DNA from: Tubiluchus corallicola
Lineage: Eukaryota > Animalia > Priapulida
Direction of reading: 5' to 3'
Length of the DNA stretch: 64,000 nt
Assembly (NCBI GenBank): GCA_030141605.1
Contig: JAQGDQ010000550.1
Coordinates: 62,001 to 126,000, forward strand
Shown here piece after piece: positions 36,530 to 49,800 of this stretch. Each line of letters opens with the position of its first letter. The first letter of the stretch is position 1. A program made the position numbers and the translations under genes. The notes beneath the pieces were generated by a model that did not search any database, was not told the DNA's origin, and saw nothing but the letters and a program-made list of their open reading frames with translations.

Positions 36530-36650
36530 CTGATAAGGTCACAGATGCAATTATGTCTGCATTCTAGAGCAGCTGAAGGATAGTACACTATAACCTAGCT
36601 AGGCCACACCTCCTGCGAGCGCCAATCATAAGGCGCAGATATAAATACAT
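36530..36650 (+). promoter_or_regulatory. Candidate P450 proximal promoter
   Basis: GATAAGGTCA (GATA site plus AGGTCA half site, ~36532), CCACACC, CCAAT (36622) and TATAAATA (36640-36647) in canonical order upstream of the ATG at 36804. Confidence 0.5.
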
Positions 36651-36803
36651 ACTAATAGATGCTCATGGACTTACATTTATTATTATTATTATACTCCTGT
36701 TCGTCACAATCACGTCATACATAAATTAACCCGGCTGACTTCGCCTATTTAATGGAGGCAGGGACGGGGAAATGTCATTTGATTAAGACGCTCACTTAAA
36801 GAC

Positions 36804-37155
36804 ATGTATGCACTCGCAAACCTTGTGGAGGTCATCTATGACTACTCCTTTTCTCTTTGCCTCCTCTTTCTTATCATCCTGCTCCTAACCTGGAAGAAAG
36901 TTGAGGATACCCTACCACCCGGCCCTTTTGGGCTCCCGTTTTTGGGAGTCATTCCCTGGTTGGGTCGGAAACCACATTTAACATTTACTAAATGGTCGCA
37001 AAAATATGGGCCCCTCTTCAGTGTCCAGCTCGGCTCTGAAAAGGTTTTGGTCCTCAATGACTACGATGTGGTCACTGAAGCACTGGTCAAGCAGGGCAAT
37101 GCTTTCTCCGGACGCCCGCAGCTGTACATTTTTGAACAACTCAATCGAGGACGCG
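36804..37155 (+). CDS. Cytochrome P450 (CYP2 clan), exon 1
   Basis: N-terminal membrane anchor, LPPGPFGLPFLG proline hinge, KYGPLFSVQLG, EALVKQGNAFSGRP; donor G|GTAAGT, phase 1. Confidence 0.95.
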
Positions 37156-39034
37156 GTAAGTAACATTTCATTAAGATGTTTTTTTATGATGCTAACTCTT
37201 TGATGGGCTATGTCACTAATTTAACTTTCTGAACCACTAGATCGCAGCTTGAACACGATTTACCGACTTCTAGAGGGAAATTAAATCTTATATTAATATG
37301 ATGATACACGTACCAGTTTTCGGTCAATCGAAGTGCACAAATTGCGCTAGTGCGTCATTGAACAGCTTGACGAGACAAACGTCAGTCGAGAACGTAACGA
37401 TTTAGCTAGAATAGACTGCAGTTTGTGTTTATTTTCGCAGTTTATTTCGTCGTTGTTGTTTTTTTGTAATTTTTGTTCATTTGGTTTTTACATGGAAATA
37501 ATATGGACGATTTCGGTTAAAAAACTTGAAGCATATAACGCGAATTCTAAATCACCTGACTTCTAAATTGTAACTACCACTATGTGATTTTATTATTTTT
37601 AGCTTCTTAGTGAGATGACTATAGTTTTGACGTTTGAACTCCTGTAAAAATACTACCTGTATATAATGCACCATTTGCTCTTGTTTTCGAGAAGTAAATC
37701 AGTTTTGTTTGGAAAAACTATATAAGTGTGGAAAACACTTTAATTTCCGCGAATTTGTAAATTGTAATTATAAATTCAGTGTCTTCATTAATAATTAATA
37801 TTCCACCATAAAAGATCTTTATAAAAAGCAACATTTCGATATTCGCATTTGTAGCTATCATCAGACTAAGTTTGAAAAGCTAAATTTCTAAATAATTTTA
37901 CAAATTCGGATTCAGAACGTTTCGCTAATATCCGTTTTGCTGATGCTAATGTGTATTGGCATTACGTGTCTTTGTTATATATCACATTATATATACGTTA
38001 TATATTACACATATTCTGAATAAATGTGCTTTAATAATTTTTATAAATATAAAAAAATATGAAATATTTGCATATCTCTAAAATTATTTAGAATTTAACA
38101 TTCTTTCTTTCACTACGCTGGTTATAAATATAGTGTGTAGCTGAAATTGCATCTTTAATAAAGATTTTTTTATTGCTGAATTTTAACTAAGTATTGTTTT
38201 TGTTATAAAGAACTTGCTGACTTTAATAGAATCTCTAAATTTACCATTGAAACTGTGTCTATTATTTATTTAATAAATTAAAAAGTATCAGAAATTACAA
38301 TCAGTAAATCAATTTTGGAAAAATGAAAATTTATTCATGTTCATCCACACCCAGTAAATTATTTTGTGAAACACATCAAAACACGACTGAAAAATGGATG
38401 GTTTAAATTTAAAAGTATACTATTTTTCACATTTGTAAATGTAACTTTTTCTAATGCAAACAGTTTACTCTATTGAAGAAATTGTATGGATGAGCTAAAA
38501 TGTAACTACGTTAGTCAGTATTTTCGACAGCTTGTACGTGGGAGTGCATGTGGCATTAATCATATGGTTAATCAGTCAAGGTCTTGCCTCGCGATGAACT
38601 CCTTGCGCATGCGTAATTGCTCAGTTCTAGTGCACTCCAGCGCATCGCTATTTGCGCCGCCAACAGCAGTTTGCGCTTCCGCTAATCTCGTTTTATAGTT
38701 TTGTTTGTAATAAAATTTGTGCGACAAAAATGCTGTGCGTTTGCTTGAATGCTAATTTTTTTTAGAATGCATGAAATTCGTATATATATAATCACCTCCA
38801 TTATCACATGTTCACCGTCACACTATCGTTTCCACCAACACCACACATTCGATGTTCTTCTTTACCGTTATTATTGCCATCTTTGTTATTAACATTGCCA
38901 TCACTTAATTATTGTCATCGTCTGTAATTGCTTATATCTACTTTGTTATCATAGTCACCATTATCTTCCCTGCGATGCAATTGTTATTATCACTATTCTC
39001 ATTATCATCACAGTTACTTTTTCAACATAAAAAT

Positions 39035-39110
39035 CAAAACATATTAATTTTTATCGTCATTATCATTATATCATTATCATTATCATCATCAATCGTTGTC
39101 TTCATCATCA

Positions 39111-39157
<47 letters not shown>

Positions 39158-39395
39158 CCACCACCACCATCATCATCATCATCACCATCATTGCGATCAT
39201 CATCATAATCATCATCATTATCACCATCATACTCATTATCATTGCAACCATCGTCTTCATCTTCACCGTCGTCATCGTCATCATCATCATTATCATCACT
39301 ACAGTCGTCATTATAAAATCATTAATATTCTTATCGCTATCGTCATTATATATGTTTATATTATCGTCTTCATCATTTGTAATCATTACTGAGAT
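39035..39395 (+). repeat. Long imperfect (CAT)n tract in P450 intron 1
   Basis: CAT/CAC triplet runs; source of the spurious poly-His, poly-Ser and poly-Met ORFs. Confidence 0.9.
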
Positions 39396-39564
39396 TCACA
39401 TTGTAGTCAGTGTAAAAATAATTTTGCCTCTGTCATGATCAACATTATCATCACCACCACTACCAAAACCAAAACTTCACTGTCACGATTTCTGCTGTCA
39501 TCTTCATGGGAACGACCGCTTTCAAAGCTGCTGACAATTATTTAGCGTCTCGTTTGGTTTACAG

Positions 39565-40086
39565 GACTGTTTGATAGGGAAGGAAAGCCATGGAAGGAGC
39601 AGCGCAAATTTACTCTTACCTGCTTAAGAAATTTCGGCCTTGGTAAGCACAGCCTGGAAAAGAGAACTCAAGAGGAAGCACTAGTCCTTACTGACATATT
39701 GATGAAAAGAGGTGGGTGTCCAATAGAACTGGGACATCATGTCACTGTCGCCATGGCCAACATCATGTGCACCATGGTTTTTGGCACTCGCTTTCAGCAC
39801 AACGATGGAGAGTTCAGTCGCCTCTTCAAACTTTTTGATGAGAGTATCCAGTTAGCAGAGTTTGCAGGAGCGTTAAATTTTCTTCCGGTACTCAGACAGT
39901 TCCCTGGGTTGACAAAGATGAACAAATTGTTAGAGAACAGGAGAAAGGAGATTGAGTTCATCAACAAGAAGATACAGGAACACGCGGCTACTCTGGACGT
40001 CGACAATCCCCGGGATTTCCTGGATGCATTCCTCATTGAAATTCAAAAGCAGAAGGAGCAAGGAAACGATTATACTACATTCACAG
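39565..40086 (+). CDS. Cytochrome P450 (CYP2 clan), exon 2
   Basis: TTTACAG| GLFDREGKPWKEQRKFTLTCLRNFGLGK (C-helix WxxxR), ANIMCTMVFGTRF, NPRDFLDAFL; donor G|GTAAGC. Confidence 0.95.
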
Positions 40087-40371
40087 GTAAGCCAGGTATT
40101 TAGTCTAAAAAAATCTAAATGCGAAAGTTAAAAATACACAGTCATGTAGGTCTGGTTCTTTCAGATGTTTTCACTGCCATAAGAAGGCACTGTATAAAAA
40201 GGTATATTTTTCAAACTTCAAGTATGCAAAGTTTTGCTTACATCCTCAATACTTTCATCATCATCATAATTATGCCCATTCAAAGCAAAATGAAAGTCAA
40301 ACTTTCTATGGAAACCTTTGCAATTTTACAGCCTTCTCTTCTAGCGAATTAATAAACTTTCCCTTTTTCAG

Positions 40372-40812
40372 TGGAAGAGTTGCGCATTGCTACAATGATC
40401 CTGTTCATGGCGTCCACGGAGACAACTGCAACCACAATGCGGTGGGGCATCCTCTACCTCGTAGCTAATCCAAAAGTCCAGGAACGAATTAAGGCAGAAA
40501 TCGACGACGTCATCGGTGAAGATCGGCTTCCCTGTCTGGAAGATCGTTCCCAGATGCCCTACACGGCTGCGGCAATCATGGAAATTCAACGTTGTGGCAA
40601 CGTCATGCCTCTATCTCCCATGCACGCCACCCGCTGGGCGGTCAACTTACGTGGGTACAGAATTCCGGCTAGGACATCTGTCATGGTCAATCTGTGGGCC
40701 CTCCACAAAGATTCCTCCTATTGGAAGGACCCCGAAACATTTGATCCAGAACGATTCATTGACTCATCGGGCAATGCTTTTAAACCGGAGAGTTTCATGC
40801 CTTTTGGGGCGG
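40372..40812 (+). CDS. Cytochrome P450 (CYP2 clan), exon 3
   Basis: I-helix LFMASTETT, K-helix EIQR, FDPERF, FMPFGA; donor G|GTAAGT. Confidence 0.96.
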
Positions 40813-41160
40813 GTAAGTTGTTGGATTTTAGTTTTTCAGTAAAGGCGACTAAACCGATGCTAACGCAGTTTAATTCGCATATTGTATTGATGTTTAAATA
40901 AATCTTTTGGGAATAAAGACTATTAAGTTTAATAAGTTAAATGAAATAGGTTTTATAAAGACAATGTAAAGCAAAATTGTGAAAACATTTTTGCGACATA
41001 GTCTTAAAACTAACGCGAATTGTACGTAGCAAAGTTATAACTTTCGTTGTGTAAAGATTTACATGTTTTTGTCTCGTTGAAACTAGTTGAGTCGTTTTGA
41101 TTTAGCCGTTAACGTTAAGCTTTACATTTTCTAATCCTCTTGCATGTTCCATTTTTCCAG

Positions 41161-41486
41161 GTCCACGTATCTGCTTGGGTGACAGTCTTGCTCGAAACAA
41201 TTTGTTCTTGCTCCTGACGGCACTGCTGCAGAAGTTCACATTCAAGTTTCACGGTGAAATCACTAATCGTGAAGCCCTAGAAATCCAGGAGCTACGACAC
41301 AAACTTTCCATGCAAGAGAACGGCCGCTGTTGCAGAACTCAGCATGTAGATGGCAGCACAGCACCGGCGAACGATGAAAAAGCTCAAGCCGCTGTATTGA
41401 AGGAATTTATTGAAAAGCGTATACCTGGCATTACTAGTAAACCAAAGCCGTACGTTGTCTGCGCTATTCCCAAAAACGATAGCTAG
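41161..41486 (+). CDS. Cytochrome P450 (CYP2 clan), exon 4
   Basis: TTTTTCCAG| completes the heme motif FGAGPRICLG; ends GITSKPKPYVVCAIPKNDS-TAG. Spliced CDS is 1641 nt (546 aa). Confidence 0.93.
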
Positions 41487-43123
41487 AAATTAGCTTGGGT
41501 GCAAACAAGGCATACTATTTTGCCGCTCTCTTATGATATTAATTATTTTGCTCAATGAATATTTCAAATCATAGTGTTTAGTAAGTTGTTTAGTTATACA
41601 CATGAATTTATATAACTTGTATACTCTTATAAACTTCAAAATTTAAGCTAAATTTTAAACACTAAATTATGCTATAATGTATCAAAAACGAAAAATTGTA
41701 CTTTGCACTTATCGTCTGAAAATTCGTTAGAGCCCTAATAGCTTCCCTACGACTTTTTATTCGAACATTTAAGTGTATTATATATATTATAGCGTGATGT
41801 GATAAAAATGCAGCAGATCTGTACAAAAAAGTAGGGTTCTGTAAGCTCACTTAACTCAATAAAGTATTTATCATAGCTTTGTCTATTTTGCTGTGTAAGT
41901 CTAGTTTTGTAAGGCAGCAGTTTCTTACACATGCTACGTGTAAGTTGTGCTAAACTAACTGGATTACTTCTATATACAATTATACTTGACTTAAAAATAT
42001 CTATTAAAATACAGTGTATTATCTGTATAAGAAATGTCGTTGTCAATTTGTGATGAATTTGATTACAGTAGTTATATATTATAGCCTATAGTAAATAAAT
42101 ATATATATAAATTTAATATGTAGCCTACAAACTTTTTACTACCCTACTGACACTTTGCGGAATAAAGGGTTAAAGAGGCAAAAATAATAAAAAGGCGGTT
42201 TTTAATGTTATTTTTGCCCACCTCAAATCAGCTGCTATTGAAAGAATTGGTTCGTCTTTGGCTTTATATTTGTCTAGCAAAATGATATTAGTCCCAAAAC
42301 ACATCGCTGAGACGGAAAAGCTCATTAAAGACTTTAACTTGAAACAAAGGAAAAATAATATCAAAGTTAATTACTATCACCAGGCTTTAAAGTGTCACAC
42401 CAATGCACCAGGTATAACTACTAATCGAAGAACAATAAAACAGAAAAAAATTTCATTTTGTGAAATCAGACATTTACTGATACATAATTAGAAATTTAAC
42501 AAATTTATCGTCTAAAAATATTTAGGCAGTTTAAGTAACGGATTTATTTAAAAGACAACGTTTCGGTTCTCAACCAACAAATCTGTAATTAACATTAAAT
42601 TCACATTAATTTTTTCTGTGAATATTTAAATTTTTCTTCAGTATAAAAACATAAACTATATTTTTTAAATTATACAATTAGTTGTAATCTGGAATTCATT
42701 AAAATTTTATAGAGCATTTATCACCAGTGAATTTTACTGTAAATTCTTTATGTGTACTGAATTGCAATAATTACTAATCTTTATGATTAATTTGTAAGCC
42801 AGCCAAATCTTAAAATGACTTAAATTCAAACTAAATGTTATACATAAGTTCTATGAATTATTAGATAATGTGAACTTTTACACTCCATGAATCTTTGTAA
42901 TCACTGGAATAAGTAACACATGTTACATGAAATAATTTATTCAAAGCACAAGAAAACCCTTTACTTACATAAAGTTAAAAAAATTCGTCTTGAAATTTTG
43001 TATCACCTAATAATACTGCCTTATTGCACAAAGAACTTGTATTAGCAGCAACGTTCTATAAAGTTTCAAAATTTAAACTTCCCAAATGCATTTTGGGCGC
43101 AGCTGTTTTGACGGCAAGTTTTT

Positions 43124-43126
<3 letters not shown>

Positions 43127-43202
<76 letters not shown>
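43127..43202 (+). repeat. (GA)38 microsatellite
   Basis: Perfect GA run. Confidence 0.98.
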
Positions 43203-43206
<4 letters not shown>

Positions 43207-44249
43207 AAGAAAGAAGTTTTCAAAAATAGTAATCTGGGCGAGGGCACGTGAATTGAGAATATGACACAATAGCGAACCTTTCTCTATACAGACCGGAAAA
43301 CGAATGTCTGCAATATTTGAACTTACTTAATTAAGTAATCGTCAGTTGGGCCTTGCACATCGGGAGAATAGAACTGTTTTTAAGCCGAATAGTAACTGAA
43401 AGTGATTTTTCGCGATTAAGCCTTCATATTGTAGGCTACTGCCATCCCACATAGCTTCTTCGTGAATCCAGAAACCGGGTTAATGCATTTGCTAGATCTA
43501 GATTCTAGCTCTAGAGTCTGTAAGATCTAGAGTCTGCCTGTCTGTCTTCCGTCAGATGTAAGCTCGATAGGCCACATCAAAGTCGTCAATTGACCATGAC
43601 GTATAATGCCACGAGTTGTTGTTTCCGATCGAAGCTCATGGAAATAGACTTAACAGAGAGCGTTGTATTAGCCCGTAATGCAGCCTAAGTTCCCTAACCA
43701 GGGAGAGGTGCTGCCATGTTACATTGCACTGTAGAGGTCTTCATTAACAACTCCCTAACCTATAACCAAGGCGGGTTTGAAAAAAACAATGGCCTTAATT
43801 TTCAGACATAAATTCATAAAAAAATCAAACCACTTAGGCATACGCATTTTTAGATGTCTGCAGGAACAAAAACTGCACGTCATTTGTTAACGTGCATGCG
43901 TGTAAATGAGAAAAATTAATAAAGCTTCTGATTAGCCCCTGAACTGCCACAGTGCGCTACGTACTAGACTTGAGTTTCAAGAGCTAGACTTTTTTATATA
44001 CTCATTTTATCTACAATATTATTAGACCATACATAAGGACGAGGTACTCGTACATCTACCAAAATAAAAATAACTTGCTCGTAATGGTCTTCTCAAAACA
44101 TGCTGCATTGACTGCTGGGATAATGATTCGGCCTGCTTGCAGGGTACAACGTTATCAGTTGTAACTGCAGTCTGCTCCTCTAGTAGTAGCTCTCTAGGCC
44201 AAGAAAAAAACATTCATTCATGATTGAATGACTCATCTGCTCAAATTTC

Positions 44250-44335
44250 ATTTGCGCATGGTAACGAGTGGCGCCCCTATCGACTTTTATGGAACTGCAT
44301 GACGTCATCGACCGACGCCGATTTACGTCATCACT
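44250..44335 (+). promoter_or_regulatory. Candidate promoter of the zinc-finger gene (paired CRE/ATF sites)
   Basis: CpG-rich patch with TGACGTCA (44300-44307) and TTACGTCA (44323-44330), ~2.5 kb upstream of the acceptor at 46855. Confidence 0.4.
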
Positions 44336-46879
44336 CAGTACTGACAACAGAGAGAGCAAACCTGATAATGGTTTTTTGTGTTTTTCACGTAAAATAAATG
44401 GTGAAATGAGTTTTTTATTTGGTTGTTTCTGTTGGGAATACTATCTAGCAGAACAGTGATAACAATTACAGTGGCATATCCTGCTGCTAATGCAAGTATT
44501 TCGTATTATAATGGATGTTTAGAAGTGCTCAATAACTAATGAACCTGCTGTACAGTTTGCATGATGTCATGTTCTGTGTTACCAGTACGCTCTCAGTCGA
44601 TATTTTTGACAACTTTTCAAACACGCAAGCCAGAAGACGCTGCTATACACTCATTGACATCATTACATCGGGCGGCTTTGCGTTTACTTTTTTGTTTAAA
44701 ATGCTTTAACGAGTTTGGATTTGAACTTAATGCTAATGTTTAATAATAACATGAGGGCACTGAAGGGAACGACGGGCTAAAGTAATGAAAATTCATCACG
44801 AAATACTTTTGAAGGTCTACTCATTATAATTTTTTTTCAAAATTTCAGAGACATACAGCTTAGTTATACATGGAAATATCCACAGGGACAAAAAGGTCTT
44901 CAAAAAACTTTATTATTGAGTATTATTTATCCTGTAATGTTTTTCCTGTTTAAAAGTACCTTGAATTGGTTGTTTTGAAATTACCTAGAGGCCAAAATTG
45001 TTAGGCTTATGAACTTGTATTAAAATTTTCAGTTTTATGGATTCAGAAATTTATTTGTCTCCCTTTAAGAAATTACAAAAAATATGTAAAATTTTGTAAG
45101 CAGTAATGCTATTAATAAAATAGACACAGTAGGGCAGAACTGTGTTTTGAATACAAGTGGTGGGGAAATTGATGTTAACTGGAGCTATGTTGTTGTTTTA
45201 TAATTATTTAAATTTATGATGAAAGTCATACATATTCCACTTACCAATAAGATGATGTTATATTGTAGTATTAAATTATTTTGTCTGTCTTTACATATAA
45301 AACTGAGCAATGTTACTAGTTTATACGACTTCAGCAAAAGTTCAATACCCATGTTTCTGTAACTTTTGTTTCTAAAAGATCGTGCAGTTTATTAAATAGC
45401 TGTAGCACAGCATTTTGAATCTATTGCTATAGGTGTATGGTACATTTACACTTTCAGTGGAACACATTGCTTGAAGTACGACTTATATACCTACTAAGTG
45501 CAGATCATTATTTTATGTTTGCGTACAGAACAATGGTCATAATAGTGACTCTTTCATTAAACATTTTTTACTGAGCTGTGCTTAAAATTCATTGACTTGG
45601 TGTCTATAGGCATGTATGGAACATGATACTTAAATCTTTAAGGTGGTTTAAGCTACACAGACTGCTAATTAACACATTACACATACTCATCATATAACAT
45701 AATGTATAATATCATATAATATATAATACACATCAATTAATATAAAAGCCAATATTCTTTACACACTTTATGGACGGTATGCATACGTAATGTGATTTAT
45801 ACGAACAAGTGTTAAGAGAATTCAAAATCTTTGATGTACAGGCCTGTGGTGTACAGTTAAAAAGAGTTTTTGGTTTTATAGTGTTAGCATAATGTATATG
45901 TTAAATAGATTGATGATTTGGGCATTCCAAATGTCTACAAGGTAAACCGGCAAGTTTTGAAAGAACAAGTGTCTGGATAAGTTAGCTAATTATGGATTTG
46001 GCTGCCTTTTTTATGTAAAATCTTTCTACATTATCCTTTGATTTCAAATAAGATTATTTGATTTTTAACAGGTTAATACATGTATAAAATTTCTCAATTT
46101 TTCTTTACTTAAAATTGAAAACATTTTTAAGAATCGTTTATCAAACTATTAATCAAGAAACATTTATTTTAGTTTTTTTGTAGCAGTACATAATTAAAAA
46201 AGTGAAACATTTGTTTTTTTAAATACATTTACACTTCTCATAATGACTCAGTAAATGGTAGGTCTGTAATCTTCTGTCATAGAGTTAAAGGCAGAGAAAT
46301 TTAATCAGGAAACTGGTTTTTATTGTGCAGATATATGGAATTAGTGAAAGGTTTTCATTAAAATGTGTAACAAGAAAATCTGGAACTCTGACTAATTTTA
46401 TTTTTGTACTAGAACTTTTTATACTGAGTAGGTGTTATACAGTTTTACATTGAGAGGAGATAACTTTTGTGTCTTAAACGCGTGATCCAACACAGCTTAT
46501 TGTGCTTACTGCCTTACTATCTAGATATTAATCTGGAGTCTTTGTTTATCAGATAAGACATTTTAAGTAAGTTTTTGTAGATATTTGTGTTTGATAAGTT
46601 CTCCATTATTTATTTTTTTGACTTCATAATAATTGCTCAGAGTCTGATACATTCCTTTGGGACTATTTAGATAACTAACAGTAATGTCTTAGTCTTGATT
46701 CCTGTATAAGTTTGGCAAGTTTTGCACCATACCTTTGCAGAGAGAAATTATCATTGCCTGCCTTACAACTATAATGTACCAAAACAGTATTTATGTTTGT
46801 GTTGTCATCTTCATATTCTGATATAATATTATTTCTGCTTTATTTTTTATTTCAGTGAGCAACAGCCAAAAGAATAGAG

Positions 46880-49800
46880 ATGTCTACAGATGAAAAAGAG
46901 AAAATTTGGCGATGCTATTTTCCCGGATGCTGGTTTAAGACAACCGTTCGAAGCAAATGGGGCCGACATGCCCATATGCATCGAGAAAGTAAAGCAGAGG
47001 ACGGCTCAGATCGAGATGCTGCTGCCACACCTGCAAGTGATCAATCTTCAGACCAAGTGCCCACGCCCGGTGACATGGACCAAGCATCATGGCAAACATT
47101 GCCAGAAGAGTCTCATCTTCAAATTGTTTGTTCTGATTCAGAAGGAGTTGCATCAGAGGCACAGACAAAAGAGAGGAAATTGCCAAATGCTGCAACGCAT
47201 TTGTCGGCTTCTGTGAAGGGCGTTCCAAAAAAATTTCAGCACAGGAAGAAGTCCGAAGAAGCACAGGAAGTAAAAGATGCTGAAAACTGTACAGCCACGT
47301 TTGATCAAACTCATAGTAGAACTGTTACAGGTGATTGCAAAGTACTTGATAAAGATAAGCATGTTAGTAAAATACTTGATACGCATAAAAGTGACAATAG
47401 TACGGTTACTAGGAATCATACAAATACATTGTCGGAGAATCGTGGTAATGGAACTAAACAGACAAAGAGTAAACAAGTCACCAATGTGGAGAATGATGCC
47501 AAATCAATAGAAAAGGCTGTTAGTTTTAGTGTAGACAAAGATATTCCTGTACCAAATTATAATCGCAGTGATAGCTTGCTGAAAGAGATTGACGATACTG
47601 AACAGCAAAAGGAAAGTAAGGACAATAATGTTTCTGATAACTGTACCAATGATAGATTGTCTCCTCAAGTTACAAATGTTGCTGACGAGAGTCTTGCTGC
47701 ATCCGGCGAACCATGTGTCTCACGTGATAGCTCTTCTCCCTCTGGATTTGGTCAGCAAGGAAGGGATTCGCAAACTGAGATACGCTGCTATTACCCCGGT
47801 TGTTTTTTAGTGTTTCACAGTCGAAGTGAATTTGGAAAGCACCGCATTTCGCATCCTAGAAAACAGGATAGTTTTAATGAAGTGAACTTGGAAAGGGCTC
47901 GTTCAGTCGATTCCTTGCTTTCTTACATTCATGGTGCAAAAGAACTCCCGTCTTATGGAATTATTAAAGTTAAAGAAAAGAAAAGTACTAAGCTGATGAT
48001 GTGCATTTACTATCCAAGGTGCAAATATACAACAGTGGATAAGAATGAGCTGATAGCTCACGTGCACAGCCACGAGGGAATTGGAGTATGTAGTGTGGCT
48101 GGCTGTAGCTGGAGTAGTGACAACAACAAAGAGTTTAGTTTGCACAAATTATGCTGTATTTGGAAAGAAATGGGAAAACGAAAATGCTTATTTTCAAGTT
48201 GTTTATTTGAAGCATATGATTCAGAGACATTTTGTAACCATGTTAAGATGGATCACCTGAATAATATGAACGTCATTGTCTGTGTAATCCCCAGATGCAC
48301 GTTCATGGCTTATGATGCTCAAGGTTACCGCATGCATGTGCGTACGACCCATCCTCAAATGTTTCTTTGCATTGACGATACCTGCAGTTTTTTAAGTCCT
48401 TATAGTAATATTGTTGAGCTGCATAAAGACTTTCATCGTTCTGGATTAGTTGATACTCCAATAGCAAATCCCGTCACCATCACCGCATTGTTCAAATGTG
48501 ATTATCCACTGTGTAATTTTACCACTTTGTCTGCCGACGTATATAAAACACACGTGTGCAACCACCGTAACGTACAAGTTTGTGGGTTTAAAGGCTGCAG
48601 CTTTGCTACAACCAGTTCCGAGACAATGCAGTCCCATAGGGTTTCTCACGTTTTCCTTGCCGCTCCTGTGCACTCTTGTAGTATAGAGGGATGCGTGTAT
48701 AAGACAACACATCTGGAGGATTACATCTCACACATGGAAAAGCACAATTCGAAGCAAATGTCTTGTGGCTTTAGCAAGTGCAGTTTCACAAGTAACGACT
48801 GTAAAGTTTTGTTGCGCCACAGACTACAGCACGTTTCACAAGGGGATGTGTTAGAGGCTACAGATGTGCAAGATGCACTTGCTACGGCTGCAGTGCAACA
48901 TCAGCAGAAGTTTGGACATTCCTTTGACTCTTTGTCTAGTAGTGTTCCGGCAACTGCTCGACCGCCTATACAGCGCAGTGATAGTTTATCAGATCCAGAA
49001 ACTTTGCTTGCTATGGCCGTACCATCGAGCTTAAATATAACTGTTACAGCTCCTACTGCTATTTACAGCTGTGCAACTGCAGGTGCAGGAAAACAGACAC
49101 ATTTTTCTATAGATGAACTGTCTAGGAACCAAAGACATCTCACGAAACAGTTAAGCATTGACGAAGACAATGTACAATCACCTCAAGAAAATTCAGTTTC
49201 TGATGTGGCTGATTTCAACAATAGAACATGTATAGAACAAAATCCTTTTTCTGCTGCACAAAGCATTCAGTTAGAATCAAAAAAGAAATTGGATAAGCAG
49301 GTTGGCTTATTTGACAGTAAAGAAATTACAGTTGGAAACCAAGTAAATGTGAAAAAAGAACATTTGCTGCAGGAAGAGTTACAAAAACAAAATATTCCAA
49401 AAACTATATCATCTACATTGAGCGATGAAATGGCTGGTAAAGTAATTGATAGCAGTATTCCTTCCGATCTGTACTCCGGTATTCCCTCTTACGAGAGCCA
49501 TTATGTTTGTGTTTATCGCAATTGTCGCTTTGCATCGCCTGTTGCGGATGGCGTAGACAGCATGTTACAGCATTTTAGTATTCATATGTTTAATTCAGGC
49601 GTGTGTCGTAACACCAGCAGTGGATTTCGCTTGTATAAATGCTGGTACCACGACTGCATGTTTGTGACATCACGTTTGAGTGAGATGGATGTGCATTTGA
49701 AAGAACACTTACTAGCTGCCCCAGTTCTTAGAGTCGCTGCTAAGAGACCGGCAGAGAACACATCACCTGCCGTTCCAACGGAAGTGAAGAAGAAAAAACT

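Noticed and set aside
38912-39392. Poly-His, poly-Ser and poly-Met ORFs as metal-binding peptides
   Set aside because: Intronic (CAT)n tract in P450 intron 1 with no supporting splice or promoter structure.
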